Assembly: GCA_012295275.1 (NCBI GenBank)
Contig: CM022666.1
Span: 8,680,001 to 8,744,000 of the forward strand
DNA length: 64,000 nucleotides
Source of the DNA: Chrysomallon squamiferum
Lineage: Eukaryota > Animalia > Mollusca
Direction: 5' to 3'
How positions within the stretch are numbered: position 1 is the stretch's first letter; each line of letters opens with the position of its first letter. A program made the translations under genes and the position numbers. This document shows, one piece after another, positions 45,618 through 60,544 of this stretch. The notes under the pieces are model-generated. The model saw only the letters and a list, made by a program, of their open reading frames with translations, was not told where the DNA came from and ran no database searches.

Positions 45618-47622
45618 AGAATAACCTGATCGCTCATTCCTCGACTATTTAACGCCACCCCCATGTACCCGCTTCCCCCTTACTTCCATTTTTAGCTCAC
45701 GATGTAATACACGCGGAGCGAAAAGACAAAAACACTTTATCTTTGTTTGCACTTCGTCTTTATTTAATTTTTAATATTTTTAAAACAAACACAGACAACG
45801 TTAATTTGAATTTTCAAACTAACGCGAGTCAAGAGAAAACACAAAGAAAGTGGGTTTTTTTTTTTTTTTTCAGTTTACTGTTCCAGTTTTAAACCTACAG
45901 TACACATAATTCCTTTCTGTTTTTCTTCTTGTTTTTCTTGTCTTTCTTATTTTAAAACCACAAGAGAGAAATGTCTAATTTTCTTCGTGTTCCTGAAATT
46001 CTGTTTCTGATGCAACTACAGGGTCTCCCTATCACGAAACCAAATACGACGAAAAATCGACAAGAAATCTTTAAATAATAGTATTGTGACTGCCGTATAT
46101 TACTGCATGGTAAAAACCTCTTGTTTTGACTTCTCGGAGTGCTGTATAAACACAGCCTTCATCATATTTCCTAATTATAGTATTTCACAAACCAGACTTC
46201 GATTTGCAGTAAAGTTTAAGTAGAATATATCGCCGTGTTAATAACTGCGGAAACTAACGATGATTCTCGGGTTCTGAAAGGAGGCATGACGTGAAGAAAA
46301 GAAATTCTAGCCAATTTGTTTTTAAGTAAAAAAAAGGGGAAAAAAAGCAATGAATGAAAAGCGAGGTGAAAAGAGAGAGAAAAAAGATGGTTTGGAGTGG
46401 CTGTATTGGAATCTATCGATTTTGGTTTCGTTTCTTTCGTTGGTTTACAAGTAACACTTTTTTCTTTCCTTCATTTGTATAAGATTTCATTTCCTCTTTC
46501 TTTCGTTCTTCCATGTTTTCTGTTCTTTCCTCCTTTTTTATTCCTTATTCCTTCTTTCTTTCTTTTGTTTTCTTTTTCTTTCCATTTTCTATTTTCTTCG
46601 TTATTTCTCTTTTTATTAATGTCTTCATTCTTTCGATTTCCCTTTTCTGTCATTCTATTTTCCCTGCCCTCTCCTTTATATGCGTCTTTAATTCACAGGT
46701 TCATTTTTCCTTCCTTGTTTCTTTGTCTTTCAGTCTTCCGTTTTCAGTCATGTGTTTATATATGTCTTTACGTCATAACAGTTAACTTCACAAAATGATT
46801 TCATCATTATTACAGGAATAAATATTTCAGTGATTCAAAAGTTAAATCAGTATATATTAAACCATTATTACCACTTTCAGTCTGCATGTATTTTTTTATT
46901 ATCATTATCATGCAAATTTATATAATTTGACTAATATTTTCAAGTTATAACACGGTTTTTAAAAATGAATATTTAACAAAAATAAAGTCATTGAATGATT
47001 CACTTTTCATTTAGATTTAATTTGAACATCGCAAGTATATAAGCGGATCTACTTCTTCTTCTTCTTCTTCTGCTTTATTTGAAATTAAAACCCGGACTAC
47101 TATGACACACCTGTAACTAGAACTACCCCAGCCAATGACTAGTAAAAAGATCAGATATAAGTCTCACGTAATATATTGGTTCTATTTATTTCTGGATGAA
47201 ACTTAACACTGTCAGTCTGTATAGATCCCTCATTTCTATTCATAGCGTCATAATCACAGTTAAAAATTATATCATTTTCACAAAACTTTGTATATATATA
47301 TATTCTGAAACGTTAAAGTATACATTTCTTGAAAGCAATTTATTATTTTTACTTACTTTGGTGTTTCTTTTGTTGTTATTATTGTTGTTGTTGTCGTAGT
47401 CGTTGTTTATTGCAATAAAAGCGTGTGTTAATAAATTTCCGAAGGCAAGAAAGTAGAAAGAAAGAAAGAGAACAAGATAGCAGTAACGAACGAAAACAAG
47501 GTTGTTTTTTTCCAAAAACAAACAAACAAACAAACAAACAAACAAACAAATAAATAAATAAATAAATAAATATATAACGATATGTGAAATAAATAATTAA
47601 AAAAAAAATTAAATTAAAAAAA

Positions 47623-47657
<35 letters not shown>

Positions 47658-47689
47658 AGGAAAAAAACGAATGGTATTTTTAACTAGCG

Positions 47690-48030
47690 AAAGTCTCACA
47701 TTGTTTAAATTAATGCAAATGCGCGTGTCATAGTGTTTGTATTTGAAATTAACGTGGCACCCTGCTATGTCAATTTCATTTACCCACAAACCCCGGGGCC
47801 GAATCCAGTCTGCCAGGCCAGATAGTCCGATAAATTATTTCTCGACTTGACAACGACGTAGAGGACGGCTCTCGGGAGATAACGTTACCGACGCTGACCA
47901 CAACGTGATACCGTTTTCCGGGGGTAAAGATATTTGTTCGTTTGCCGAACGGTGATAAATTAGAAATTAATCGTCGACCAATCAGAGACGAGATTACAAT
48001 AAGCGGCTACCGATAACTTTATTACTGCAA
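47690..48030. promoter_or_regulatory. Candidate Sox/POU enhancer block
   Basis: CATTGTT (47699-47705) plus ATGCAAAT (47713-47720), followed by CpG-rich unique sequence with a CCAATCA near 47977. Confidence 0.45.
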
Positions 48031-48043
48031 ATACATACATACA

Positions 48044-48083
<40 letters not shown>

Positions 48084-48087
48084 TACA

Positions 48088-48129
<42 letters not shown>

Positions 48130-48689
48130 TACATATACAAACACACACACAAACGCATGCACAGACGTACACACGAAATTAGCTTCTTTTCTTTTCGGCT
48201 TTATTTCATGTGCAACTTCCCAAATATTTACAAATCTGGGTTTATGAAGAGAAAGAGTAAGTGAGTATATCATTTTGTTAATGACTGTGTTTGAGTGTGA
48301 GATTGTGTATGTATATGTGTATGTATATGAATATATGAAACTGCTGGTTTGTATGTACGTGTATATGTCCGTCAGTTTATAAATCCACCCATCCATCGAT
48401 TTCTCAGTCAATTATAATTTCATTTAACCATACATTCATTCCTTCAACCCATCCATCCATCTGTCCATCCATCTATCCATCCATCTATCCATCCATCTAT
48501 CCATCCATTCCTTTATGCATTCATTATTCGCCGGTCCATGCATGCATCCATCCATTCATCCATCCATCTATCAATTTCTGTTCTAAGTTTAATTTTCTGA
48601 AACACTCACCTAACAATCTTATAACCACTGACAAACAGCAGTTTCCTCTATTCGGGAATACCATATTGATCTTAACGTGACCTTGACCC

Positions 48690-48726
48690 GTCATACAGAC
48701 ATACTGGTCATACAGACATACTGGTC
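48690..48726. repeat. 17-bp tandem duplication
   Basis: GTCATACAGACATACTG occurs twice. Confidence 0.85.
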
Positions 48727-48983
48727 TATCGTTTTTATTTCGAAGCTTGACCTTTTGAATGGCTACTGAACGCTCCACCAAAATCTGTCCTCTTTGACAA
48801 TGATGTATGTAAGGAAAGTATACATTATCATACAACCACTGGAAACGAGATTTTACTTATTAAAACAAGTGTAGACGATAATGTTAGCATGTTAGAGTGT
48901 TAGAAGAGATGAAAGAGAGAGGTTCTTCACAAGTAGAAGAAAACAAAAACGAGAAAATATTAACATTATTATTATTATTATTA

Positions 48984-49054
<71 letters not shown>

Positions 49055-49397
49055 TCACTAATAATGTATTATTAAAATTTCCAGTGCTAATGTAACACAA
49101 ATGAGGGATCAGGCTACAGAAAGGTGAAATGAAAAGTGTAAACTCTCTGTTCATTTCGTCTTATCCTTTTGTTTTTGCAGTACCCCTTTAAGAAAAGCAC
49201 CCGGCAACCCGCCTGTGCTGGTAAAACAGAAAGCGAGTTTGAAAGAGAAAAAAACAGTCTTATAGTAATAACTCTGAATACTACGACAGAAACGATCTAG
49301 CGGGCAAAAATAAACAGAATATTTTGATGGGTAGGTATCATGTGACATACGAATTCCCCTTCATCGGGATATTTGCTCGAGGTTGAATCATGTGGAA

Positions 49398-49448
<51 letters not shown>

Positions 49449-49658
49449 GAAAAGGATTGTAAAACAAAAACAAAAAGAAAAAAAAAAAAAAAGAAGCAAC
49501 GTTACTACCTTGCCAGAGATGATATCCGAAACGTCCTGGGTGATTGCTGTAGTGTGTCTGTCTCTCTGTCTGTCTGTCTGTCACTTTCTCTGTGTGATGA
49601 AGATCGTGTTGGCATATTTGTAAAAAAGGTCTTCGTTTTGTTTTTCTTTTCTTTATTA

Positions 49659-49723
<65 letters not shown>

Positions 49724-50118
49724 TTTTTTTTCTCTTCTTCTTTGCCCCTTTAAATCTCTTTCTCTTTCTCCTTGTTTCTTTTCTGTTTACTTTCTTTTTT
49801 CTTCTTCTCCTTCCTCCTCTTCTTTCTTTCATTTCCTTCTTTTTCGTTTTCATTTTTTTAAAATAATAATGATGGTTTATTTTGCCCACCGCAGTCAACG
49901 CGACCTATTTTTATCTAAATATTTGGCCAGTGTGTTCTAAGGCGTGGGAACTTTTTTTAAACTTTTTGCTGACATGTTAGTGTCGTCTTCACGGGTACAT
50001 CATTGCCACCCTCATTAAATCTTCTGGGTAGGATGCCCTGTACTCGGTCTGTTCAACTTTTAACTTTAGACCTGGCGCTCTGGTTTGGTTTATGGCTCCG
50101 ATAATGTACTGGAATGAG

Positions 50119-50164
50119 GTGGGATTCGAGATGGAAAGTGGGATTCGAGATGGAAAGTGGGATT
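50119..50164. repeat. 19-bp tandem repeat, about 2.4 copies
   Basis: GTGGGATTCGAGATGGAAA occurs twice, followed by GTGGGATT. Confidence 0.85.
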
Positions 50165-50949
50165 TAGGAGAGAAAGAACTGGAATCAGTATAAACGGTGG
50201 TTGGATTGGAGGTGTGTTGAGATGGGAACAGTGAGGAAGTGGATGTGTTGATGTCGGTGGTGGTGATGCTGTAGTGTTATAGTGTGAAAGTTGCTGAGAT
50301 TTTCTTGCTGAAATTACTCAGTTATTTAGTGTCAGTTCTGTGGAGCTGGTGTGTAGCTGGTGACGAAGCTGGTGTTGTAGTAGTTGTTGTAGATCTGGGC
50401 TGTGACTGCTGCTGAGTCGTAGTGACTGAGGTGAAGTCAGGGTGTAGTTGATGTGGATATTTGGTGTTGAAGTAGCTGTTGCTGTACAGACTGGTGTGAA
50501 GTTGGGGTGTGACTGGTATGGTGGTGGTGTTTAGATGTTGTAAAACTTGTAGACTGGAGAGGTGAAGGTCATGGAGTTATGACAGCATTCTATTATTTAT
50601 TTATTGTGTCCAGCCATCCATTCATCCGTTCATCCATCCACCCATTCATTCGTCCATCCGTTCTTCTGTTCATCCATGAATCGATCCTTCCATCTTCATC
50701 AATGGTTGAATATTTATACAGAAAACGATTCATGACAAGCTTTTCTTTTCCTTATTTACTTACTTACTTATTTACTATTTATTTATTTATTTTCTAATTT
50801 TATTGTTATTATTATTTTCTAATTTCTTGTGTGTTTCCTTTCTTTTTTTGCAGTCTTCTATCACGTCCTCATTAGGAACAGGAAACATCAGCAAAAAATA
50901 CAGTGCTACCTGTAAGATTTTATTATTATTTATTATTATTATTATTATT

Positions 50950-51862
50950 ATTTCACCAAGACAGGGCAAGCCAGCCACGTTACCATGGTGACAGGTCAAC
51001 AACAGGTGCCGGCCGATTCGGTAGTCGATTTCGTCGTGTAAGATTAATTACCGGTCAAACATTTGCTAGTACTCATTACCCCGTGCTTCCCCCCCCCCCC
51101 GCACCCCAGACAGTCCGCCGTACACTCCCTGGCGTCCATTTCGCCAATTACGGGCTGTTTGTTGGTGTGTTAGTAGCGTGTGTGTTAAGAGGGTTTTGTT
51201 CTTTGCAGATCTAGGTAATTAAAACTAGCCTTGTGAACAGAAGCGAGGTTTCAAATTACGTAAACTCTTGTTGGTATTTGCGATTGCTTAAGATTATCGC
51301 TGTGAAATAATCCCGAGTGTACGCAGTAAGTCTTTCTTAGCAGACTAAACCCTTAAATCCACACGTAATGTTTTTAGCTGTCTGGATTTTTTTTTTTCTC
51401 TCTCTAATTATTTTGTTTGTTCTTGTGAAACTCTTCTCATTAGGTATTTTTAAATTTATCTATGAAAAACAAACAGGAAGGAAAACCATATATATATATA
51501 TATATATACTTTTATTCGATGGGGAATAAATAAAATAAAAACATAATAATAAAAGGAAAGCAGAAGAAGAAAAAAGTGATTATTCATAAATTTCTGTGAA
51601 ACAAATAAAATAACGACATAAATCTTTAAGTGTTTTAAGTGCATTTTACACACGTATACAAATTAACTGATAGCATGATGAATTAATATTATTATTGTTG
51701 TTGTTGTTGTTGTTATGGTAGTCGTTATTGTTATTATTGTTGCTGTTGTTGACGTAGTTATTGTTATGTTATTGTTATTATTACTATTATTATCGTTGTT
51801 ATTATTATCATCATCATTATACTATCACTTTTACTTTTAGTATAATAATAATAATAATAATA

Positions 51863-51910
<48 letters not shown>

Positions 51911-52410
51911 ACCAACGAGAAAAAAAAAAAACTACGTAAAAAAACAACAAAAAATAAACAATACAAATAATAACGGTTATATTTTTCCGCGGCGCGGTCA
52001 CGTGAAAATAGATAAAAATCGTTGGCAATCGGCTTAGATGGAAATAATCTAAAACAAACCGTATTGGACTGATTGCTATACACTTGTCGTTCTGATGGGT
52101 TAGATGCAGATTAAACGTGAACAAAGCCCAGAAATTATTCATCGTTTAACAAGTGTTAAATTTACCGGAACATGCACATTGCATTGCGTGCCGACGGCAA
52201 TTGGTTGACAGTTTCATCTGTGTAGAACACGACGTCACGCTACCAGCCCGTTTCTTCAAATCGGCAACCACTGCACGAGGCACCAGCATTACTACACCCG
52301 GAGGAGATGGAGTTTGAGCGTTCGTAAAACGGTATTCGGCTGTTTTTATTTCACATCGACACGCACGTCGATGATATCCGGAAAATGCCGAAATTGTTCG
52401 ATTGTTTGAC
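50950..52410. promoter_or_regulatory. Two CpG-rich unique blocks (50950-51350 and 51970-52410)
   Basis: RFX X-box GTTACCATGGTGAC (50979-50992), TCGCCAATTA (51141-51150) and GTCACGTGA (51997-52005). Confidence 0.4.
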
Positions 52411-52524
52411 ATCCATATTTTTTTTTTTTTTTTAAACTATGTATATCGTTTTTTGTTTCTTTCAAAAATGTGTTTTTATTTTTTTTTTTTTTTTTTTTTT
52501 TTTTTTATTTATGTTAGTTATTTT

Positions 52525-52571
<47 letters not shown>

Positions 52572-55500
52572 CCATAATACCATTGTGATATTCCGTGAAA
52601 GAATTAAACAAATAAACAAATAAATAAATAAAATTATATTAAATTATTTTATTTTATTTTATTTTATTTTTAAATGAAAGAAAAAAATGAAACAAAGAAA
52701 GAAAGGAAGTGAGAAGCAGGATGAAAGAAATTAAAAAAATTGAAAAAGAAAGAAAGAAAAATAGGATGCGACAGAAAAAAAAAATATATATACAAAGAAA
52801 GAAAGAAAAACGAAAAGAAAGAATAAAGGAAATCGACATCGAGAAAGAAAGAAAGAAATAAAAAATGATGAAATAGATGTGATCAGGTGTAATAATTATT
52901 AATTTCAGAAATCAATTTCTATTGTTGTGCGTGTCGCTACCGGGCTGGCGGGGTGCGGTGTAACAGTTTCTTTCTAACAGTAAACAACAACAGTCTGCAC
53001 TCGTCTTCATTTCACTCACGTCTTCAAAGGAAAAACCTTTCTGTGTCACACGAAAACCAGGACGTTCTAAGAATAAACAAACAAACAGCAACAAACGACG
53101 TGGTTTTCTTTTTCTTTCTTTTTTAAAGTTTTTTTTTTTGAAGTGTACTGTACTTATCGGCGTCTTGTGGTATATAACGATATATTTCATTTCTTAAACA
53201 GACAGACAAACGTATATACAGCGGCACATATTCACACAGTTTAGTCTTGTTAATATGTACATACATACAGACATACATACTCTTATATAAATAAATAAAC
53301 ACACACACAAGTAATCAGAAATATAGACACATATTTTTTCATCGTTCTTTTTTTCTTCTTCTAATTGGTATTATTATTATAATCATCGTAGTTGAAGTTG
53401 TTGTTGTTGTCGTCCCCAACATCATATTCAGTACATTATTGTTGCTATTATTGTTATTATTATTATTGTTGTTGTTGTTGTTGTTAAAAATTTAACATTT
53501 ACTTTCTATATAACAATAAAAGGAGATTATACACTCTGTAATAATAAGGAGCAATTTAACATTAATATTTTACATGACATCATTCAGATAGTTTATATAT
53601 TTGGGTAAAAGTTTTATCTCTGCTGACTGAAGAATATAGCTGACAAAAAGCATATTCTGTGTGGTTTGTATTTTCTATTTTTCTCACATTTAATTCACTT
53701 TTGAACAACTGGAATGAAAAGCGCATCTCGAGTGGTAAGATTTATGTTTAATCTCTGGTGTTATTTACTTGGGAAAAGAGTATTTTATGTGGTTGATGTT
53801 CTTCTTCTGTATGACGGTAGCCGATTAATAAACACTGGCAACCACCTCTGTGACCACATCATCCTGTACAGGCAAACTCATTAATGATTCCTAGATTTAA
53901 AAGTTTATCAAATTAAGTCATTCGTATCGCTGTCGTCATTATAATCTTTCCACTATCACCATCGTTGTAGTCGTCATCATCATCATCACAGCAACAGCAG
54001 TGATATTAGAAGTAACAGTTGTAACAGCAACAGCAATAATTAGTATGCAAATTGTTTGACATCCATGAAGAAAAATATGTTAATAACCGTGAAATTTACA
54101 CAGAAGAATGTTGTAGATTTCATTATCTGAAATAAATTCCTCGTTTGGTTGTTATTTGTGAATATACATTCTAACTGATGTCGTAATAAATATAAATAGT
54201 ATTTATTATTATTATTATTATTATTATCATTATTATTATTATTATTTTGTTGTTGTTGTTATTATTATAAAAACGTTATTTTTTCATATCAACATGGTTT
54301 ATTGTGGTTGTTGTGGTTGTTGTCGTTGTTGTGATTATGATGGTAATGTGTTTGATGCTTGTTTTATAATATTCAAATAAAATTAAATTAAATTAAAAAA
54401 AAATTAAAAATAAACTAAACAATAACATTTTTTTAAAGCAATTAATTTTAGACTTAGGGTTGGAAAATATTAACTTTCAACAGAGATCTGCTGAAAAAAA
54501 CCCATGGTAGTAAAAATAATAATTTCAATATTTAACTGTTTGTTAATGTCTGAACAGACGTTTGACAAGGAAGAAGAAAGAAGTTAAAATAAACAATAGA
54601 AAGGTTAAACGGGTAAACAATAATTAAGAATCCTACGTATTATATTAAATTAATTTAAACAATAAAATGAAATGAAATTTAAATTAGCAATGCGAAATTA
54701 AAATTAAAAATACTAAAACGAAAATAAACTGTGTAAAAATCAAACAAAAGACAATAAAACAAAAATTAAAATAATAAAACAAAAAATAATAAAACGTAAT
54801 AAAAATATAAACTATCAACAGATCGCAATAAAACAAAATGAAATTAATTCGAAAAATAATAAAAAATGAAATAAATAACAACACAAAATAAATAATAACA
54901 CAAAACTGTAAAACAAAATAAATTAAATATAAATAATAGCAAAATAACAAAAATAAAATAAAACAAAATAAATTAAATATAAAAATAATGGGTGGGGGAT
55001 ACGTAAAATAAAACTAAATAAATAACAATAAAATTTGAACTAGAATTTCAGTGCTGTATTATTATGTTAAAACTGTTTTATGTCTTTTTAAATACTCAGT
55101 CACAATCTTCGCTTACACGTTTTGCGTAGTTAATCTCTCTTAGAATAGTAACGATTCTCTATTAGCAAACATGGACGTTTCAAATTTCCTAGCAGCAGAT
55201 TAATCAATAACAGCGCGCGCTGTTGCAATTGGCAATAATTGCTTGACATACGCACGCGCTAAAATAAGTAGCATACGAAATTGACAGCACAAATTAAATA
55301 ATTGCAATGGTGTATTGTTTTAGAAAACAAATCCCTTAGATAAAGAGAAGAAAAATAATTTTTAAATATTCTACTGGGATTTGGCAAGGAAAAAAAAAAA
55401 AAGAAATGTTTTTAGCATTTTTAATAATAACCTTTAGTAGAAGGTATTTTTAAAAAAAGGAGAAAATATCAGTTTAATTCTCTGTTGTGGTGGTTGTGAC

Positions 55501-57352
55501 ATATTTGTTGTTGTAGTTGTTGTTGTTGTTGTTGTTGTTGTTGTTATTCTCTTTCTTCTTAATGGTGGTAGTGGTTGCAGTGGCGATGTTATTATTGTTA
55601 TTAAAATTGATGAGCTATTATTATTATTATTATATTGATAGAATGAAACCTTTCAATATTTTTAAATTCAATCATTATTTTATTATTATTATTTTTCAGA
55701 ATTCTGTGTTAACCAATTTATTTTTAAAAGATTTTGAAATTTACAAATTATTATGATTAACTATTATTATTATTACATTTAAATATTTAGCGATTTAAAA
55801 TGTCTTACATATTAGTTTATCATCTCCACATCCTTGAGAAAAAGAAATAATCAAATAATTAAATGAAAGAATGAGAACAAATGAAGGAAAGAAGGCTTAA
55901 GAGAACTAACGATATAAATAACCCAATTAAAATTTATAAAATCGACATTCTTTCAAAACAAAAATTTAACATAAAATTTGATGTTTATACTTTTTTTCTG
56001 TATTAAAAATTAAAATAACATTTTTTTTGTTTCTGTATCACTCTATCTCTGTCTCTCTCTCTCTCAAACATACAAGATTCATGGCGCCCATTTCACGTTA
56101 TGTGAAACCAACATACAACAGATTTCTGCCAGTAATCACTTAGCCCGGAATGAAAATAACACGATGCGCTTGTTGTCAGTTTCAGTCGCTGCCAGGCAGG
56201 TGTCAGTCATTCCGCAGCTGCCAAGAAAAATGGGCGGGGAAAAACGTTGAAATGGAACCGCTTGGCCCGTAATTAGTAGTCGCTTTGATCAGTAACAATA
56301 CTAATTATAGCGCGTGTGTTAAAATGTCTAATTACAGTATTACAATTAATTGTATTGGTGGTTAATTTTTAAATAAAACTTTCATAGAACAAAGTAGAAG
56401 TATTGCGTTTTGGGGTTTATGAGATTGCTAACAATGGCGTTTGTCCGTTTCGTTAATGAATTGGTTTGTTCACAGTTTTAGATGAAATAAATATCGGTTT
56501 GTTTAAAGAGAAAATATGTTTTTAAATTTATATCTTTTGTAATCTGAATTAAATTAAATTAAATTGTTATTTATGAGGATCGTTTTTTAAGACATGTATT
56601 TAAGTAACTAAGAATAATTAAAAAAAAATAAAAACATATATATGAAACAAATAATATTAATAATAATAATGTCCCATTAAAACTGTTTTAATACTTACTA
56701 TAACGATATAAACAAAGAGAAAAAAAAAAAAAAAAAAAAAAATACACTACCGTAACTTTTTCTCCTTCGGATAATTCACATCAAAACTATAAAGTCGCTA
56801 TGACGTCATAAAATTATTATTCATGACGTCAATGTATTATCAGTTATTACAAACAACACTTCAGCATTACTGACGGAAGACTGAATGCTAAAAAGTTAAG
56901 TTGAAAAACGCGCATAGTAAGCGAGTTAATTTTCTCTCTCTCTGTTTCTCTTTCTTCTTCTTTTTTTTTTTTCTTTTTTCTTAGTACGTACATATAAATC
57001 TAACTGAGAACTATTTAAATTCTTCAACAATTGAGTTTTGCATTTGCCCGGGGTGTTTGACAAATATAAAATGAACTGGTTAACATTGTAGATGTAATAA
57101 ATTTCACTTGAAGTGCGCGATTTAAGGATAAAATATTATGTAGAGAAATATACAACTAATTATATTTCTAAACAGGTGAGCGATCGAGCGAATGAATGAG
57201 TGGGCGAGAGAAAATGAAAAATATCTTGCATGCATGTTTATAAATGTACCTGCATTTAGGTGTGCATTGTGTGAGAGAGAGAGTCTATATACTATCACAA
57301 ATAACATATTATCGTTAACTTTATCTTTAACTAATAATAATAATAATAATAA

Positions 57353-57401
<49 letters not shown>

Positions 57402-58979
57402 AAACACGTGTCTAACGTGTGTATGTATGTATATATTTGTATGTACGTATGTTCTATTTTAATTTATGAAAAGGAAGACGCGGTAGAGACTGGAAATGTA
57501 CACATAATTAACTCGACATTTTGCGAGTCTTTTACAAGTCTAATTAACAAAGTTTGTTCTGCCCAGTGAGACCGGTGTACACTAAATCTTTCCCCTGTGT
57601 TGAAATTAACATGCAAATCAGAGAGACACTCTGCCACCTGCCTGTGTTTACATTTCAACTTGAAGTATACCGGGAAAAGCAAGCTGAAGAAATGAACGTG
57701 CAGTGAGAATCGTACACGTGTGCAGAGAATTTCTTTTTATTCCTCGCACTCTGTCCGCAGGTTATCATTCAAAAAACGAAAAAGAAAAAAAAAAAAATTG
57801 TAATCTAATGTGGAAGATTTGACAACTGACTACATTATTCGGCTTATAAGCTATCACTGAAACCTACAGTAATCCTCATTATATGGAAATTTATCACTTA
57901 ACACCTGTTAAAACTGCATAAATTTTAAAACTTGCTACTTTCACTTGATATCGGAAAGGATAACAAATTATGAAGAAAATCAATAATTTTATGCGATAAA
58001 ATTTGTCAAATTCGCTTGAAAAATGGAAACGGACAAGGTTGAAATTTAATCAAATTTGTATTGAAATATGATAAAGAAAATTATCCATTTAAAATTTAAG
58101 GTTTTTATATTTCCACGGACGATTTTAAATCATCCGGAAAAAATGTGAAAGAAGCATCTCGTTATCTCCCTAAAAACAAAAACAAAAACAAAAACCAAGA
58201 GAGAAAGAAAGAAAGAAAGAAAAAAAAGATTAAGTTTCATTCTCATCAATTTCAGCGAACTTAATGTAAAATATCAGCAATGTCACGTGACTGATTAATG
58301 AAATAGAAATCGAATACTGTTGATTTGTAATGGAAATAGCAATGCTAAAAAAATAAATAAATCTTGTTTAGAAATAAATAGGACAATTCGAGAATCAACG
58401 ATTTTCATTATGTTAAATATGTTTAAATTAACTTGAATATAAAATAAAATAAAAATGAGATAAAGAAGACGATAAATATAAATAATAAAATAAAATAAAA
58501 GCAAATTATTAAGAAATAAATAAAGTAAAATAAAAAGAAATAAAGCAGTAAATAGCACTAAACCGCAATAACTTTATCAATGATAATAAAATATTTCGAC
58601 CGTTTCCGTATTTCCAATAGCAACTAGATAACTATTTAAAACATTGTAAATAAATAAAAGCGAAATTAAAAACAATACTACGTAATTTGAACTGTCAGGT
58701 CGGCGTCTCCAGGCAAACACAAAAATCTGTTTACTTTGTAGAAATTAAAAACAGTCACTGAAATTAGACACGATAAAAAAAAGGGGGGAAAAAAAAAAAA
58801 AAGATTTTCATTTTACTAAATAAATATTTGTTCTTAGGCTTGAATTTAATGCGGATTTATTCGAACCTGCCTTAATAAAATATTATCACAAAATATTATT
58901 ATGATTATTATTATGATTATTATTATTATTTGTGTATACGTGTATGTGCGTGTATATGTGTATGTGTATGTGTGCGTAT

Positions 58980-59035
<56 letters not shown>

Positions 59036-59849
59036 GCACACACACATACTTGCGAACGTAGGTGCGTGTGTGCATGTGTTTTATATAATTTAAATTATTA
59101 ACAATATCAAATTAAGAAACAAACAATGAACTGGAAACATTCTAATAAGTGAAACTACGAAGCTGATTTCAAATGATTTTAGAATATCACTTTATCCTGT
59201 TGATGTGTTGATAGACCAGTTGATTTTTCTACACGAACCAGTAAATAAAATTAACTTAAGTACGATAATACAATTAAGTATATATAAATGAAAACGCGCA
59301 GGTTAATCAAATTAAATAGAAGGAATGACTAGATATAAATAAATAAAATTAACTAAATATGAAAAGTAAATGAATTTAAAATCTAAGTATAAATAAATAA
59401 ATAAAATAAATATTTAAACAAAATAAATAATGAAATAAAATAAAATGAAGAAAGCGATAAACAAAATAAATATATAAACACAAAAGTAATTACTATAATA
59501 AATGTAAATAAATAAAGAAACAAATAATAAGTAAACAAATACAATTTTATGTGTAAACCTTTGGAAAAAAAGCTCAACTTTAAAAACAATGTTAAACAAA
59601 TTAATGTTTAAGCCCTATAAAAAATAATTAAGAAAAAAAATCTGTGAAAATAAGAAAAGGTACATAAATCAAAATAAATCTGTATGCAGTACGAAGGCAC
59701 ATAAAATAAATTCCTGTCGTTCTTTGTAACGTAACTCCGCAGAATTAAAAATCCTCCTAGACCAAGTTTATCTTATAAATTTAAATTGAGAATTTCTGAA
59801 CCTAGAAATACCGTAGCCGATAAGCTGCCTTGTGAAATATTGCTCGTGT

Positions 59850-59883
<34 letters not shown>

Positions 59884-59987
59884 CGATGCTGATGATGGTA
59901 GTAAATAAATAAATAAATAAGATGAAAAAGAAGAAATAAGAAAAGTAAAAATAAATAAATACTAGTATTAATATAATAGTATATATT

Positions 59988-60022
<35 letters not shown>

Positions 60023-60544
60023 CGGTTTAGAAGCAAATATGTAAGAGATGAACTGGGAAATATTCTTTCTTCGTCTAAATTTCATGTTAAGTACGGTTTG
60101 ACTGATTCAAGTATGTTTTAAAATTAAAGCAGTTTTAAAACGTGTTTCGACAGTCATCAAGGTAAACTCTATACTTGACATCAACTAAAATAGGTCTGAG
60201 TGTTTCCTTGAGGTTTTTTTGTTTTATTTATTTAAAAGTCAACTTAAAAAGGTTGCCGTGTTAAAACGACACACACACTAAATAAACATCACTTAGATAA
60301 TGCGTTTTTTCTCACGTGCTGGGTTTTAAAATGACCCGTGTCATCCGGTACAGTTCAGAATAGTAATAATAAAAACTGTTCTTTTATATGGGAAACACAA
60401 TTGCGAGTATTTCTTTCTTTACACCAATAACAAATATTAAAAAAAACAAATAAATAGTAAGATTTTTCAGAAGTCGAGTAAATAAAATCATCACACGGTA
60501 ATACTAAAAATACTCAGACCAAATAATGATAAAATAACCATGAA

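Noticed and set aside
50200-50580. GT-rich tract resembling a Thr/Ser-rich mucin exon on the minus strand
   Set aside because: No ORF of 60 aa or more is in the track and stops are visible; it is a degenerate simple repeat.
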